A stretch of DNA of 63,920 nt, the filler included, from Choristocarpus tenellus KU-1152 (taxonomy: Eukaryota > Protista > Phaeophyceae), in NCBI GenBank assembly GCA_964200185.2. It is 9 parts of 9 records of this genome, joined end to end, with 100 filler letters (N's around TTAATTAATTAA, not from the genome) between each part and the next. Parts side by side here need not be neighbours in the genome. Positions count along the whole stretch, not along the records: positions 1 to 6,025 come from CAXNAD020009139.1; positions 6,126 to 14,993 come from CAXNAD020004245.1; 7 more parts are not named here. One strand, 5' to 3'. A model generated the notes under the pieces. The model did no database searches and had not been told where the DNA came from. It was given only the letters and a program-made list of their open reading frames with translations. Each line of letters opens with the position of its first letter. Position 1 is the stretch's first letter. This document shows positions 1 to 13,249 of the stretch, in pieces. The position numbers and the translations under genes are program-made.

Positions 1-20
1 GGGGGGAGTAGCTGTCTCAG

Positions 21-2288
21 CCAATGACACTCACAGAGAAGATCATTGCCAATGCCTGCGATAGATCCTCAGTGGTCCCCAATGATAATGTCTGGGTGAA
101 CACTGATGTGCTGATGACGCATGATGTGTGTGGGCCAGGGACGATCGGGAATTTCTACAAGGAGTTTGGGCCCAAGGCAAAGGTGATACATACCTTCAGG
201 CCCTGGTTTTGAATACTTCATTGTAGGGTGGCTGTAAATGGTTTGTAAAGTCCGGAACAGCGTTGTGTTGGTTTGTGGATGGCAAGTGTGAGGAAGTGGG
301 TAGAGTAAATGTAAATGTGGGTGGGACGATCAGCGTTGCATCTAGTTGACTTGTATGTTTTAGGGAGGGATGGGTCCTATTGGGCACCCTGAAAAGTTGG
401 TTCCCTTGATATTTTTGAGGAGGTCTTCTTCCCTGATTCTTTGAAGGTTAGGTTTTCAAAGAATCAGGGTTAGGATTAGTTGTCACTGCGTGTGAAATTT
501 TTTGCAGAGTTCACAGTGTATGATGTTGGACCACAGTTATGTACCTGAGATGGTTTCACCATGGCCCTAAAAGTGGTTCTCCTGTGTGATAGGAAGGCGG
601 ATGCATAGGTCTTGTCTTTGTCCTCTCTTTTGGCAATGGTCTTGTATCAGACCTTGAGCTCTTTGTTTTTGTAGGCATTAGATTGGGTTAGGGTTAGGGT
701 TAGTGTCTCTTGAGGTGAACTAGAGTCACCTGCTTAATCTGTTTAGTAACTCTTTAAAAATTATTTTCTAGGAAGACTCTCGATACTCTTGATATGATGT
801 TCCTGGAAAATTTGCAGTCGTGTACTTCGAGTCATTGTACTGAAGTGGGTTCATAGTACTCTGTTGCACTGTGTAGGGACATGCATGCCCATGCAGAAGA
901 CGTTGTCGCCTTGAAGGGATGTGTGCGGCTTGATCAGCTTTTTTTTTCTTTTCTTTTGAATCGATGCGTTAGGGTTAGGGTTAGGGTGTGCATTTGAAAT
1001 GTCAAGATCGGATCGCTGTCCGTGGCCGTATCTGTTTTAGTAAGGGACTCCTTGTGTAAGGGTCTTTTTTTAATTGTTTGGGTGAAAGATGATGTGAGTT
1101 CAACTGAACCCTTACCCTATCTGATGTGCACCTTGTCAAAAAAAAATCCCATCTGATGCTCCGTAGCACTGGAAATGCCTCCACATTTTTGGCACCATGA
1201 GACATCGTAGGAAAACAAACATGTAACAGCTACAGTGTCAATGCCCTTCTCCACCTCAAGGTCTGTACCGTCTTCTTCCTCAATGCACACCCTAACCCTA
1301 ACCGATACAATCGATGCAATGCAATCAGTTTGAAGCAAACATTATGCACTTGTCCCTTAATGGTTGTCGAAAAAGGTATGCACTTGTCCCTTCCTGGCCC
1401 TCGTCCCTTAATGGTTGTCGAAAAAAGGTATGCACTTGTCCCTTCCTGGCCCTCGTCCCCTAATGGTTGTCGAAAAAAGGTATGCACTTGTCCCTTCTTG
1501 AACCTCGTCCCTTAATTATTGTTTAAAAAAAAAAAGGTATGGGATACTGATGGCGTTGTGATCATCCCAGATCACTACATCTTCACAGCTGATCCCAGAG
1601 CAAACAGAAACGTTGACATCCTTAGGGATTTCGTCAACCAGCAGGTGATTGAGCTAAGGGCTTTTTGTGATTTTTGGGTTGTGTATGAGGATGCTGTGCC
1701 TCCGTTATTAATATCAAGGTTACCCTCTAAGTTACTCTGATATTGCTGTTTGTCCCCTGGCCCCTGTATCTCATCACTGTATTTGGTAACTGTTTTGAAA
1801 AAAAAAAAAAACTGTCGTTTGATTACCATCACAACCCCCACCCCTCCCTCCAAACATGCCATGTTGTATATGAGATGCCTTTTTTCGAATTTTCAACATG
1901 GTGAAAGGGGAACTTGTCCAGGGGTGTTCCTGATTCCCCTGTACTATGTATTCTGGGTAGCACCTTGAGACTGAACTTGATGTACATGAAGTGGTGGGAC
2001 GACATCATGAACAAGGAAGCAGCGAATTGTTTGCTGGACATGCTGAAACGAACACTTAACTTAACTTAACTTAAGTGTTTTTTGACTTAACCGGTGCTGG
2101 ATCTGTTGTTGAATTTAGACCTACCTCATTCTTTCGAGTTGCCTGAAAATATTATTATTATTATTATTACACCATCCTCCGCTGAAAGCGCTTCCAGTTG
2201 AAACACACTTGTGCTCCTTTTTTAAAAAGTGGGATACAGTGTGATTGAAATTGAACCATTGAAACTGGCTCTTTAATGACACCTCTCG

Positions 2289-2324
<36 letters not shown>

Positions 2325-4522
2325 TATTGTAGGGGATCAAGTACTTCTACGACATCACAGACAGGGGCAACTTCAAGGCCAATCCGGACTACAAGGGTGT
2401 GTGTCATGTTGCACTGGCACAGGAAGGACACACAAGACCAGGGGAGGTGAGTTCCTACTCCTGTGCATTTTATTCAATGCATCCTTCTTGGTATGTTTTA
2501 AGGTATTATTCAAAGGCTCAAAGTATCTGGGGGGGGGGGCAGCTGTCCATTCGGGGCCCATTTTTTACTCTGTGTACATTCATGGCTTATGCTCAAGCAA
2601 GTACCCATGCATCTTTTGACCTTTGTGTCACTGCTGAGTATTAGGTTAGAGAGGAAGTTGAGTGACTCCAGATTTATGGGGGTGTTTGGTGTTAGGGTAT
2701 ATTGTTAGCTAGGTGATTTGATATCAGGTCGCCTGTGCCTGTGCCACTGGCTCTATTGGGGATGGAACACCGTAGAGAGCGTGCTTCATCTCTTGAACTG
2801 TTTCTTATTTTCTTATTTGTATCCAATGATATGAGTTTAAAGAAACAATATATTTTATCGGGCATTGAATCTTTTTTACAGGGTTAGGGTTGGTGAGCAC
2901 ATTCTGATATTTTGTTTATAGAGGCGTTGTTACACCACCAATGGGGACAGGGTGTATTGACCTAATGCAAAGAAAAAAAAAGAAGTGCTCCGGTACGAAG
3001 TCTTTTTTTTGTTCATGGGTGGAACATACAGTGTGTATATAGGTGTTGCAGGAACATATAGTGTGTTTGTGGGTGTTACAGGAACATGCAGTGTGTAGGC
3101 ACTGAATACATTGGGCAGTCCTTTGGTTGATGAACATTTTAGGAACGACATGAAGCAGTCGTTTTGTATAGCACTGTAGTGAATCTGTACTTGGCAGATT
3201 GCAGCTGCTGAGAGGTCATACTTGGTGGATTTCTCAGTAGGAATTTGATCACCACAATGCCGAACATTCATTCACCTTGGGGATTGATATTCACCTTAGG
3301 GAAGGAAGAAGTCGCTGGAGGCAAACATGTATTAGTTTTCACTTTAATAGATTGTCGGGTTAGGGTTAGGGTTATTGTAACTTTTGCGCAAGTCTCCTCT
3401 TTGCATTTCATTCGCGCTGAAGTTTTAACACGATTTACCTTAATGGGATAAATCTTAATGGGATAAACCTTAATGGGATAAACCTTAATCGGATATACCT
3501 TACTCGGATATACCTTAATCGGATATACCTTAATCGGATATACCTTAATGGGATAAACCTTAATGGGATATACCTTAATGGGATATACCTTAATGGGATA
3601 TACCTTAATGGGGTATACCTTAATGGGATAAACCTTAATGGGATAAACCTTAATGGGATATACCTTAATGGGATATACCTTAATGGGGGTATACCTTAAT
3701 GGGGTATACCTTGATGGGTGTCGAGGGTAGGCGGCCTGTGCATGGTGAAGTTCTGTTCATGGACATGATGGACAAGGACTTGTGTGGGTCCATTCCACCT
3801 GACCTCTCTGACTGTTCTGACTGTAGAAGTGCTGTATGACTCATCTTTATCCTTGAATGGGTGTGCAATCAAGGCCAAGACCGGGTTGCTGTTGCTAGGG
3901 TATCATTTTGTGTCCATGTTCAAGAAACAGTCCATTGCGTGGCTGTGGATAGGGTCATGAGATGAGACGTGAGAAACACCTAGTAGTCCTGGTTCATTGA
4001 TGATGACTACTCCCTCTCCACCTGGCCTTGTTTGCAGGAGTAGGACTATATTTTATCAGTAGGTCTGACAGATGCTTGGGGTTGTTAGGGTTAGGGTTAG
4101 GGTTATCGGCTTAGTCCTTCGGTCAAGAATCTATTTTCCCTTATTTCCACGTTTTGTTTAGGTCAAACACTATCTTTACAAGTCTACTCTACAAGTCTCT
4201 AAGTGTATCACACGTCCCATCACATCACAAGTCCATCCGCAGTCAGTGTGCTCTAGAGATGTTTGTACCTTCCCCAATCAATAATATGTGCAGGTTTTGT
4301 TTGGGACGGACTCCCATACGTGTAATGCTGGCGCCTTTGGGCAGTTTGCCACTGGTATTGGGAACACTGACGCATCGTTTGTGATGGGAACTGGCAAGCT
4401 ACTCATCAAGACCCCCGCAGCCATGAAGTTTGGGTTGAATGGCGAGATCCCTGACTATCTCCTTGCCAAGGTTTGTAGTTCCTGGTTGGGAGGGAATGAT
4501 GATGCTTGCAATGAATGAGGCA

Positions 4523-4558
<36 letters not shown>

Positions 4559-5677
4559 GTTGGTTGGTGTGGTGTGGTTGGGAGGTGGGGGGGTGTGTGG
4601 TGATGTTTTTGTATATTGGTTGGGCTTGATGAACGTGTGGTGTTGCGATAAATTTGTATGTGGAAGAGGAGGAGGGGGGGGGTTGAACTGATACCAGATG
4701 GGCTCCAGTTTGTACAATACTAGGCTATTGTTATTTTGGGTTAGGGGGAAAGAGGGACAGACTTAGGGTTAGGTGCTATTTTGACGTATGAAATAAATGG
4801 ACTTAGGGTTAGGGTTAGGTTTAGGTTTAGGTACATTTTGGGGGTGTACATTGCGTAGTTATGTTTTTTTTAATAGCTATTTGGGTTAGGGTCAGGGTTT
4901 CTGAATTGTCATGGTTTGGCTTGACTGTGCTCCTGCTGAAGATTTTCTGATTGCATTCCGTTTATTGCATTGCAGACAGATTACGACATGTGCCTTACAT
5001 GTTGTGTGCATTAGTGTGGTGAAAAGTGCTGTCCCCCAAGGACTCACCATGACTCACCAAGGGGTCTAATGAATGCATCAGCATTTTGTAGAACCTACCC
5101 CCCCTTCCTCCCTCATTTCACCTCAAACCTGGAGTGACTCAGGTTGCTCTGTAGCACTAAACTACGATACTGTAGCCCTAACCCTAACCTTCTAACCTGG
5201 CTTGGGGCTAAGGACCAGCACCACTTCCTCCTTTGCACAACCACCCTCGTGTCCTGCATGGACTCCCTTCAACTTGTTTTCAGTTACACACACACACACA
5301 CACACACACACCATACTTCTTCACAGACTGCTAGAAGCACCCTCTTGAGAGTTCTCACATGTAATTCGAGTGTAAGGTCCACCATGATGCCTTGACACTT
5401 ACCATCCACATCAGGTAAAGCATACAGTGGCCAAGTAAGATCCCCCAACTGCTCCTTACAACACTCCTTACAACACATCTTACTATACTGCTGCTTCTTC
5501 TTCCCCCGATGTGTTGTAACATTTGTGGGTTTGTTTGTTGGGTGTTTGCCTTTGTTGTTATCAGGATATGATCTTGCAGATAATTGGGGACATTGGCGTG
5601 GCTGGCGCAACCTACCGTTCTATGGAATTTACTGGCTCTTCCCTTGGGCAGCTCTCCATGGAAGAACGCCAAACCCT
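21..5677 (+). CDS. leuC: 3-isopropylmalate dehydratase large subunit (plant/algal-type aconitase family), partial
   Basis: Phase-consistent GT-AG exons 21-182, 1537-1644, 2333-2446, 4294-4470, 5565-5677 give PMTLTEKIIA..DVLMTHDVCGPG..VVIIPDHYIFT..KGVCHVALAQEGHTRPGE|VLFGTDSHTCNAGAFG..DMILQIIGDIGVAGATYRSMEF..SMEERQTL. Motifs DH, CH and DSHT match LeuC. The 5' end is outside the window and the 3' end is cut by the gap at 6026. Confidence 0.95.
1344..1540. repeat. 52-bp tandem repeat (~3.5 units) ending at the leuC exon-2 acceptor
   Basis: Unit TGCACTTGTCCCTTCCTGGCCCTCGTCCCTTAATGGTTGTCGAAAAAAGGTA; GTATG starts at 1376, 1428, 1480, and at 1537 in the degenerate final unit. Confidence 0.9.
3437..3718. 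repeat. 15-bp minisatellite (ACCTTAATGGGATAW)n, ~19 units
   Basis: Direct head-to-tail array in a leuC intron, no unique spacers. Confidence 0.95.
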
Positions 5678-6025
5678 GTAAGACCTTGCCTATCTTTTCT
5701 TCTTTGTTTTCCAGCTATCTCTTGCATCCACTTGCCCCCCCTTATCTTGCTACTTGCAGTTGGAGCCAACCAGTTCTCTCACACCATAGTTTTGAGGCCC
5801 AGCACTCCGATTGCTCTAGCTGTCGTGAACCAGAGTAATCCATTTGTTGACTTGATAACCGTGTGGCTCAAGACAACCTGAGTAACAATTCTAGGAAATT
5901 TCTGGAAACACAAAAAAGGAAAATTTCTGAATTTTTCTGTTGCTTAAGCTATGCATTCCTGGATTGGTCCAACGAACTGGACAGGTGGTCTATTTTTAGA
6001 GCTCAGGAAGTAGGGAGGGGGGAGG

Positions 6026-6125
6026 NNNNNNNNNNNNNNNNNNNNNNNNNNNNNNNNNNNNNNNNNNNNTTAATTAATTAANNNNNNNNNNNNNNNNNNN
6101 NNNNNNNNNNNNNNNNNNNNNNNNN
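6026..6125. other. Artificial contig spacer (N44-TTAATTAATTAA-N44)
   Basis: Same 100-nt spacer with six-frame stops also at 14994-15093, 18994-19093, 22256-22355, 25464-25563, 36700-36799, 41059-41158 and 52998-53097. Confidence 0.98.
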
Positions 6126-6147
6126 ACAGCAAGTTTAGGCACTGACT

Positions 6148-6312
6148 GACCCGAAATATCTGGGGGGGAGGGGGGGGGTCTACACCAGGGTGTCCATTTG
6201 GACCGAAATCAGGAACAGTGCATTTTCATTATCCATCAGACGTATGCAACTAAATCACCCAAAAATCACGGCATGGAAAAATTGACCACCCCCCCCTCAC
6301 ATACTTTAAGCC
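6148..6312 (+). mobile_element. MITE family B copy (~165 bp, poly-G/poly-C TIRs)
   Basis: GACCCGAAATATCTGGGG...CCCCTCACATACTTTAAGCC; flanks ACT/ACT; interior matches the copies at 15559, 41608 and 53120. Confidence 0.8.
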
Positions 6313-9300
6313 ACTTCTTCAGACAACTCTTGTTGTGCTGTGCTGCTCTTGTTTGCCTGTCCGCATAAGGCAGGCATGATACCCTCTCTCCAGCAGTTGT
6401 GGCCTCAATTAGCAACACATACGTTGGATATCAGAAGAGGGGGTTGGTTGGTAAGAACTGGCGCAATTTCGTAGTGCAGGCCTGGTGAAGGAAAGAGGCG
6501 TCAACCATTACCGATTTCGATTCATTGTCAGGTGTAATGATATTCGCTCTCATTTTTTTTTGGACAATAAAAAGACACCTTCGTTATCATCACCCGTGTT
6601 GTTTCAGAGCTGTGCTTGCCCACCTTGGAGTGGCGTGCATACTAGAACTAGAAACGGTTTGGTTTAAAACAGAAAACTGTAGAGTGTCTACGTCTACATT
6701 TTTATCAGTCCGCACGGCTATAGTGTTACGGTTTAAAAAATGAAACATTATAAGATCATAGACTAGAAAAAACACCAAAGAACCGTTTTTTGAGGGGTCT
6801 TGCGTGGTGGTAGAGTTTCGTCATCCTCCTGACTGAACATATTGGTAGATATTATCTTCCTCGGAAAATAGTACTGCAGATGTATTTAAAACATGTTTTT
6901 TTCCTAATTGTACAAGGGCAACGTTTCTCATGAGCACTTGTTCCGATCTATCAATCCAACTAGCGTTTGCATATATAGGTGGGGTTGATAACCAAACCCT
7001 ATCAAGTGCGGAGGTACGTGAAGTTGGTTTGAATGATGTCTTCCACAAGACCAATCGGTGCGTGCAAGGTGATGAGCATTGGGTTCCTTGCAGAAAATGA
7101 GGGAGGCGAGACCCTTCAATTGTCTCATTCCTCACAGCTTGGGTTCATTTCTGCGTCGAACAAAAATATGCAGGAATCGCGACTGTGGAGTCCTTACAGT
7201 CCGTGTGTCCCCTAGCCGAATCCCTGACAACAAAATTATCCCCAATGTCTACGAAATCTCGTACGAACTTGTTCTCTCTGTTGATATTTAGAACTGGTTA
7301 GCGAAAAGAAACAATATGGGGATGCTCCATCACTCACTGTGCACAGGCATTTGTTCTTTCATTTAATAAATTCAGAATACTAAGTAAGCGATTGCCTTCA
7401 TCTCATCCTGACCTTTAAGATCATCCTGTATTATTTCCCCATGAGTTCATGCCCTCTCTATGTAGCACAAATACTGTGTTGTGTTGTTGGTATACTGCTG
7501 ATCTGTGCACGATAACCAATCCTGTCATCAAAACCAACGTTAGGTCGTTGCCTCACCCAGTACTTCCCCCCTTTCCTCTGCCCCCTACTTCCTTCCCCAC
7601 TGAAATTTAAATATATTATTTTAGATGGCTATTCTTCTTTTCAAGGGTGGCTGAGGAGAGCGATATGATTTCATCAAATGCATATAGGCAGACTAGACAC
7701 CGGGTGGGACATTGAAATAAAAAATATAGTGCAGTTGGAAGGACAAGTTTGGAGATGATTTGAGTAGGTAGCAAATTTTAAAATAGGGTCTGGTTTGAAA
7801 CACTTTGGGATGCTACTAGGATTATGGGGATAAGATCAGCATTAAACTTGAAATGTCCCCATTTTGGGAAGAGGAGTGACGCGAGGGGGTGTTGAGGGAT
7901 CCTTGAATTTGTCCTTGTCTGCTCTGTAGACCCATGCTCGTTGTATTTGTATCAATAGGAGATATTTCATGTCTTCGTTTCGTAATGTATTGGTGTTGGG
8001 AGGGGGGCTGGAGAGAAGCCAGAGTTTCTTCCTGGGTTCGCTCTGGTTTGTCCACTGCCGCGTGTTTGTGTCTGGATCTCCATCTCCTACACGACATTAG
8101 ATGGTGGGAGATCAGTAACACCTATTTTTCTCCAGTACTTGATGCTTGGTAGAAGGTTCTTTCAACTGCCTGGTCTTGGTACCCCGAAATAGTTGGATTG
8201 CTTTGGGACCAGTGTTTATGCTGTAATCAGTGATATGAGTGGTAAGGATTTTCTCGTAGAATTGGCAGTAAATGCTCGTACAATAGAGAGGTGTGCGCTT
8301 TGTGGGGTCTGATGCAAGGATCTTGGATATATTTGTAGCCACGACCAGCTCAGTCTCTATGAAGTCCAACTACTGTGTAGTATTGTAGTACACCGAATGG
8401 AAGGAACTTGTTAAGCTTTGTGCTACCTGGAAGAGGAGATTGCTGCCTACCTTCACTCTCTCAGGGGTACATATTTTTTTGTTGGTTTAGACAGTTCTGA
8501 ATTGTGGTGAATTTGGGACCTAGTGCTTCATATTGATAATTGTGAATACTTAGGTGTATATCTTTAAAACTGTGAGAGCAGTAAGCGATGAAAGCTCTAA
8601 ACGATGTCTTCATTAGAATTTCCATTGACAAATGCACGATGACAATCAACTCGATAAATCTTTCACAAAAAGGTCGTTGCATTTTTTTTTGCGACGTACC
8701 AGGACTCTGGAGTAGGACAGCAGTTAGGTAGGATGTGCTCATACTTCTCCTGTCATTCAATAAAACTCTATGTTACTCGACGGGAGTATGAACAGTTTCC
8801 TTTGTTGGCACAGCATTGCTTCAGGTCTCTGCTAGGCTGCAACAACAACTCATCGCACTTTTTTGTTTTTGTTACAGCTTGAAATCGTCGTAACATTGCA
8901 CTATATGTATGGTCTTTTTACAATAGTAAGGTTGCAATACAACATTACTCAGCGATACAAGTAGCGCACCCACGTGTCACTTCAACGTTTCGGGTAATAG
9001 GCAGTCCTGAGGGAACACTTTTATTGCTGAGAAGTAGTCAGTTTTTTTTTTTTTTACTATGAAATCTGTTTCGGTTTCACTTGGTACTAAAAATAGTTGG
9101 CATTTTCTCCGCGTTCTCTCTCTGTTTGACTTATTATGCTGAGCCTCCAAGCACCGTGGGCATAGTCATAATATGTGCTGTTGAACAAAAACCCCTTTGG
9201 CCCACAGTGAGCATGGTGTACGGGGCACAGGATAACATGACTTGTGTGAATAAACTTCGAAGTATGTATGTTATGTGAATATGATGTACGAACAAGGATA

Positions 9301-10832
9301 ACATGACTTGAGTGAATATACTTTGAAGTAGATATGTTACTCTTTACAAGGTGGGCATAGCATTCCTCTGACTGGATGGGTGAAGGGGAGACAATCCATT
9401 ACCATTCTTATGGTTCTATGATGTGGGGTTTGGCATTATCCACACTATGAATCACACACTTACCTGTCTTCAGTATGACTAGCATACCAATAATAGAATG
9501 TCAATCACTGTGTATGAAGCAATTAATATATCTGGTACACGATGTTACAATTACACGTAAACAGAATACTCAGACACCACAAGAATTGGACCGTAGATCC
9601 ATCACTGGCTCTACCTTCCTCCCATATCCTACTCCACCAGATGTGTCTTCAGTGTACCAGAGCGTCATCTAAACGGCAGACACGTACAGTACATTATTTC
9701 AGACAATTCGTTACACAATTGATCTTACCTAACAATAAAATCCCCCTATGCACATCACAATCAGCAAACATAAAGTATGTAACTTACGTTAAAGTGGATA
9801 AAATCTTGGTTGATTTTACACCTACCTATCTATCTATCCTTCTTGCTTGAGTGCCAAGCGCACTACTATCACTAGCATACTACTCTAGTATACTTAGTAT
9901 ATTACAACTGCAGGTTAATGACAACCAGGTTCAGGACTACTTGATAATTTTTGTACGTGGTAGGAGCAAACACTTTGTTGATGTATGCTGTACGGCAACG
10001 AAATGGGAGCTTCCACAATGCTGAAGACTAAGTTTGAGTATCCCCAATGAGGTACGTAGGACGGATTTGTAACGACATGAGCTGCAAGATAAGGAATGGA
10101 GGCAGTGCAAAATGGTTGTGTAGTGCAAGAGCTAGCAACAGTGCTTATTAGGTACAAAATGAAGCACTCCAGCCAGGAATTGGTGCCTCAGACCATTGGT
10201 TGGGATAGTGTTTGTCTTCAGGTTACACAGCAGCAGTGAAAAAATATTTTCGGGTTTTGTAACCAAATCCAGTATCACATTTACATTGTATTTCTGTCTC
10301 ACTTTAATTCGTAGGGTGAATGGCGCGCTACTGCGCGTATGAAGCTTCGCGCGACTGGGGGTGGGGAGATAATGGATCATATTTTAAAGTTGTGTATTGA
10401 ACTGAGTAGCGAAGCCCTCTTATCTCTTCAACAATTGTTGCTCGCAATCAAAGGTTGAGTGTTGAGTGTCGGATGTGAAAGGTTTTCATCCACCATCCAG
10501 TCTACACTATCAATGAGGCACTTTGCGTGAGGGAGTACGCACTCGCCAGTCCATTGAGATGACTGGGTAGTAGTTGCCATAGTTTGACAAGTCAGGACAG
10601 GACAAATCGGTTATATGCAAGTTGGCATAGCTCTCGGCCCGCGGTTTTGATAGGCCTGGATCGGCACTGCTAACAAGTTACCAAGAGGGAGCAGTGAGTT
10701 GGCCCCGACTTGGACTTCTCCCTGGATTTGAACCACTTTCTTATATGATGTGAAAAAATCTGGAAATTCAAATTCAAATGAAGGTGTAGCCGACCATCTG
10801 CTTTTCTAAGTTCAGATATCATTGACTCTAGC

Positions 10833-13249
10833 ATGGGTAATGGCCGAATGTACGAATCGGAGCGAACTCGTAGGGGCTGCGCCCAAGATATACCTGAAGC
10901 CAATGATATCGCGACTGGCGAAGATAGTGCCAGTGATCTTGTTCGCAACCTAGAGAGTAACGCCCTTGTGAGAGAGAAAGTTGATGATCGTCCAGGAGAA
11001 AGCAAAACTGGTGTCGAAAATGAAGACGACAACGGAGAAGAAGGCAACGGGGCTTCAGAATTGATGACCACTGTGACTGTGAGCACCCTTGCCGACAAGC
11101 TCTTCGATCTATCTCTGGAGCTCGGAAGTCTGCGATCGCGATCCGACACATCCACCGGGGTCCTTCTCTCCCTGTCTGAGGTTAGACAGCTTCGATCTTC
11201 CATCTGCTGACTTGTGCCTCCCCTTGCTTTTCCTGTGCTGTTTTTTTGTGAGATGAAATATCTCAAAAGATCGCCATGCTACAGCGCGCTTCCACCAGCT
11301 ACTTTGATGCCTGTGATGATGCACCTTGCACCGTTGACCTCACCTCACCAACCCTACCCCCAAATCCAGTTCCAGCCGTTGTTATCCTCTCCAAAGATTT
11401 GATCCCGGATTACTATGCTTGAATTCTAGCTTACGGAGGACCCTACCCTGCACACCTGGCGAAGTCCCCTTCTATGCATCCAGCCCTGAACCCTTGCTGC
11501 CGAGTGCATATCCCCATTCCCACTCTCCCCTGCTTCTTGCCACCTGTATCATTCCTCCTCCACTCCTGCACCTGCGGGAAAAAGGATTTGCCAGAGCTCA
11601 GGAAGGCTATCGAGCCGATATTGTCAGACCTGGAAGCAAGGCATTCAAGTTGCAGCCAGGCTGTACATCGGGTATGTAGATACCTATATTCTCAATTCCT
11701 AAGGCCTCGAGCAGCAGTTGGGTGCGATTCAGATAGTTTTTGGTCCCTGTATGACTGTGCAAGAGGTTCATAGAAAGGGATAGAGACGGGTGGTATAACT
11801 GAATTTGTGACTTGTCTCTTAGTCCGATACGTCCATTGCTCATGCCCTCAATGTATCCCTTTGGTTGCCTTGTCTTGAAACTGTCTCACATGATGACTCT
11901 TTGGCTCATTCTTTATTTTATTTGGTTTTGAGTGAGAATATTCCCCAGAACAATGTATATCCTACTCTCTTTCACGACTGAAGCTTACTTTTTGTTGTTC
12001 AACATGGACAACTTATCCATTAACCTATAATTTTTGTACTCACCTGTGCAGTGTGGATGTGTTTGGTGAAGTAAAGGGGAGGCAAATAGAGACACGCCAC
12101 AACTTCTTACTATTCCCATGTTATTCAAGACCGGCAGACTATTTTGGATCCTAGTCTGCACTTTCCTCTCTCCTAAATTCCGACCTTTCATTATATTGAG
12201 CACAGCCCAATTTAGAGCTGTTCTACCTGCTACAAGCACAGCTTTTTTTCTTCTTAATGAACCTGAGAAATGGCAACCGATGTATTGTGCTGGGAACATG
12301 CGGGCACTACCCTGCACTTGTTGACAAGTATACCTTGAACTTTTTCTTCTGTCATCACCGGATATGAAGTTCATTGTGTTATTTTTTGCTTGAAAACACG
12401 AAAAAATTGAAATTTCTCTTGACCTACGTTTATTCTCAGTTGGGTAGAGTATCATTCCACGCATTTGGTATACATATCTCCCTGATTAGGCTAAGTGCTG
12501 CGGTGAAGATGTACTTGTATTTTGGAAGGAGTGGGTCGTCATCCAAGGGTTGCATTATTCTTTGGTTGAGGTAGCTGACTGTAAATGACCTGACATCTGA
12601 GTGTGAAACAGTTCACACCATAATCACAATGCACCGGCCAAGTACTTCCCGAGATAGAATCCAACCCCTGCATATTCAACTGTACAATGTAGAATGCCCC
12701 TTCTTTACCCCCAAGCCCCCTGCTCCTCTCATATAATGCTTTTTGTTCCCTAGCTCCAACCTCCACCCCCAGATCCACCCCTCCCTGTATACAATGTACA
12801 GGCTGTGTTTGGTACACCCTCGTCTCCCACGGCACATGCTTCCATGGTTCATTCCTTAGAGGCAAAGGCAGTGTGTGAGGTGGGGGTGCCAACATCCTGG
12901 GGTAGCCTTTCTCGTCTAGCCACTGAGGTTGCAGATCTTCGAGGGGCTGTTGCAGATGTGGAAGGACTTATGGCTCAGGGGGAGCACCTGAGGTATATAT
13001 GTAACCGAAATATCTCCATGCGCTTCATTTAATGAAACATTGTATTGCTACATATTTTCCAGAGGAGTTTTTGGGGGGGTTCTTGTCACACCTTGACTGG
13101 GAGTGTGGCTGGCACTAATGAAGGAAAAATCTCAATCCTGGAGTGATGCAGCCGAGCACTTACAATAGCACTTGTCTCTTCTCTTTGCAGGATGGATTCC
13201 TTGCTGTGTTGTGTGACTGTAACAACTGTGACTTGGCTTGGGTTATGAT
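10833..13249 (+). CDS. Putative spliced gene, unknown protein with helical/coiled segments
   Basis: Candidate exons 10833-11180, 11585-11671, 12862-12992 and 13191-~13249 join in frame (..LLSLSE|DLPELRKAIEPILSDLEAR..|AKAVCEVG..LATEVADLRGAVADVEGLM..). No family recognised. Confidence 0.4.

Larger units (their letters stand above)
685..4892 (+). repeat. Cluster of short interstitial telomere-like (TTAGGG)2-4 tracts in leuC introns
   Basis: Tracts at 685-703, 968-987, ~2880, ~3358, 4084-4105, 4739-4832 and ~4883; complementary CCCTAA tracts at ~1290 and ~5177. Confidence 0.85.

Noticed and set aside
1344-3718. CRISPR-like arrays (52-, 15- and 55-bp repeats)
   Set aside because: Head-to-tail repeats without unique spacers, no cas genes, eukaryotic intronic context.
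6070-6081. Recurrent TTAATTAATTAA palindrome
   Set aside because: Always centred in 100-nt N runs; it is an assembly linker with six-frame stops.
6126-10400. Short ORFs in 6.1-10.4 kb and 27-34 kb
   Set aside because: No recognisable motifs or consistent exon chains; treated as intergenic or intronic.
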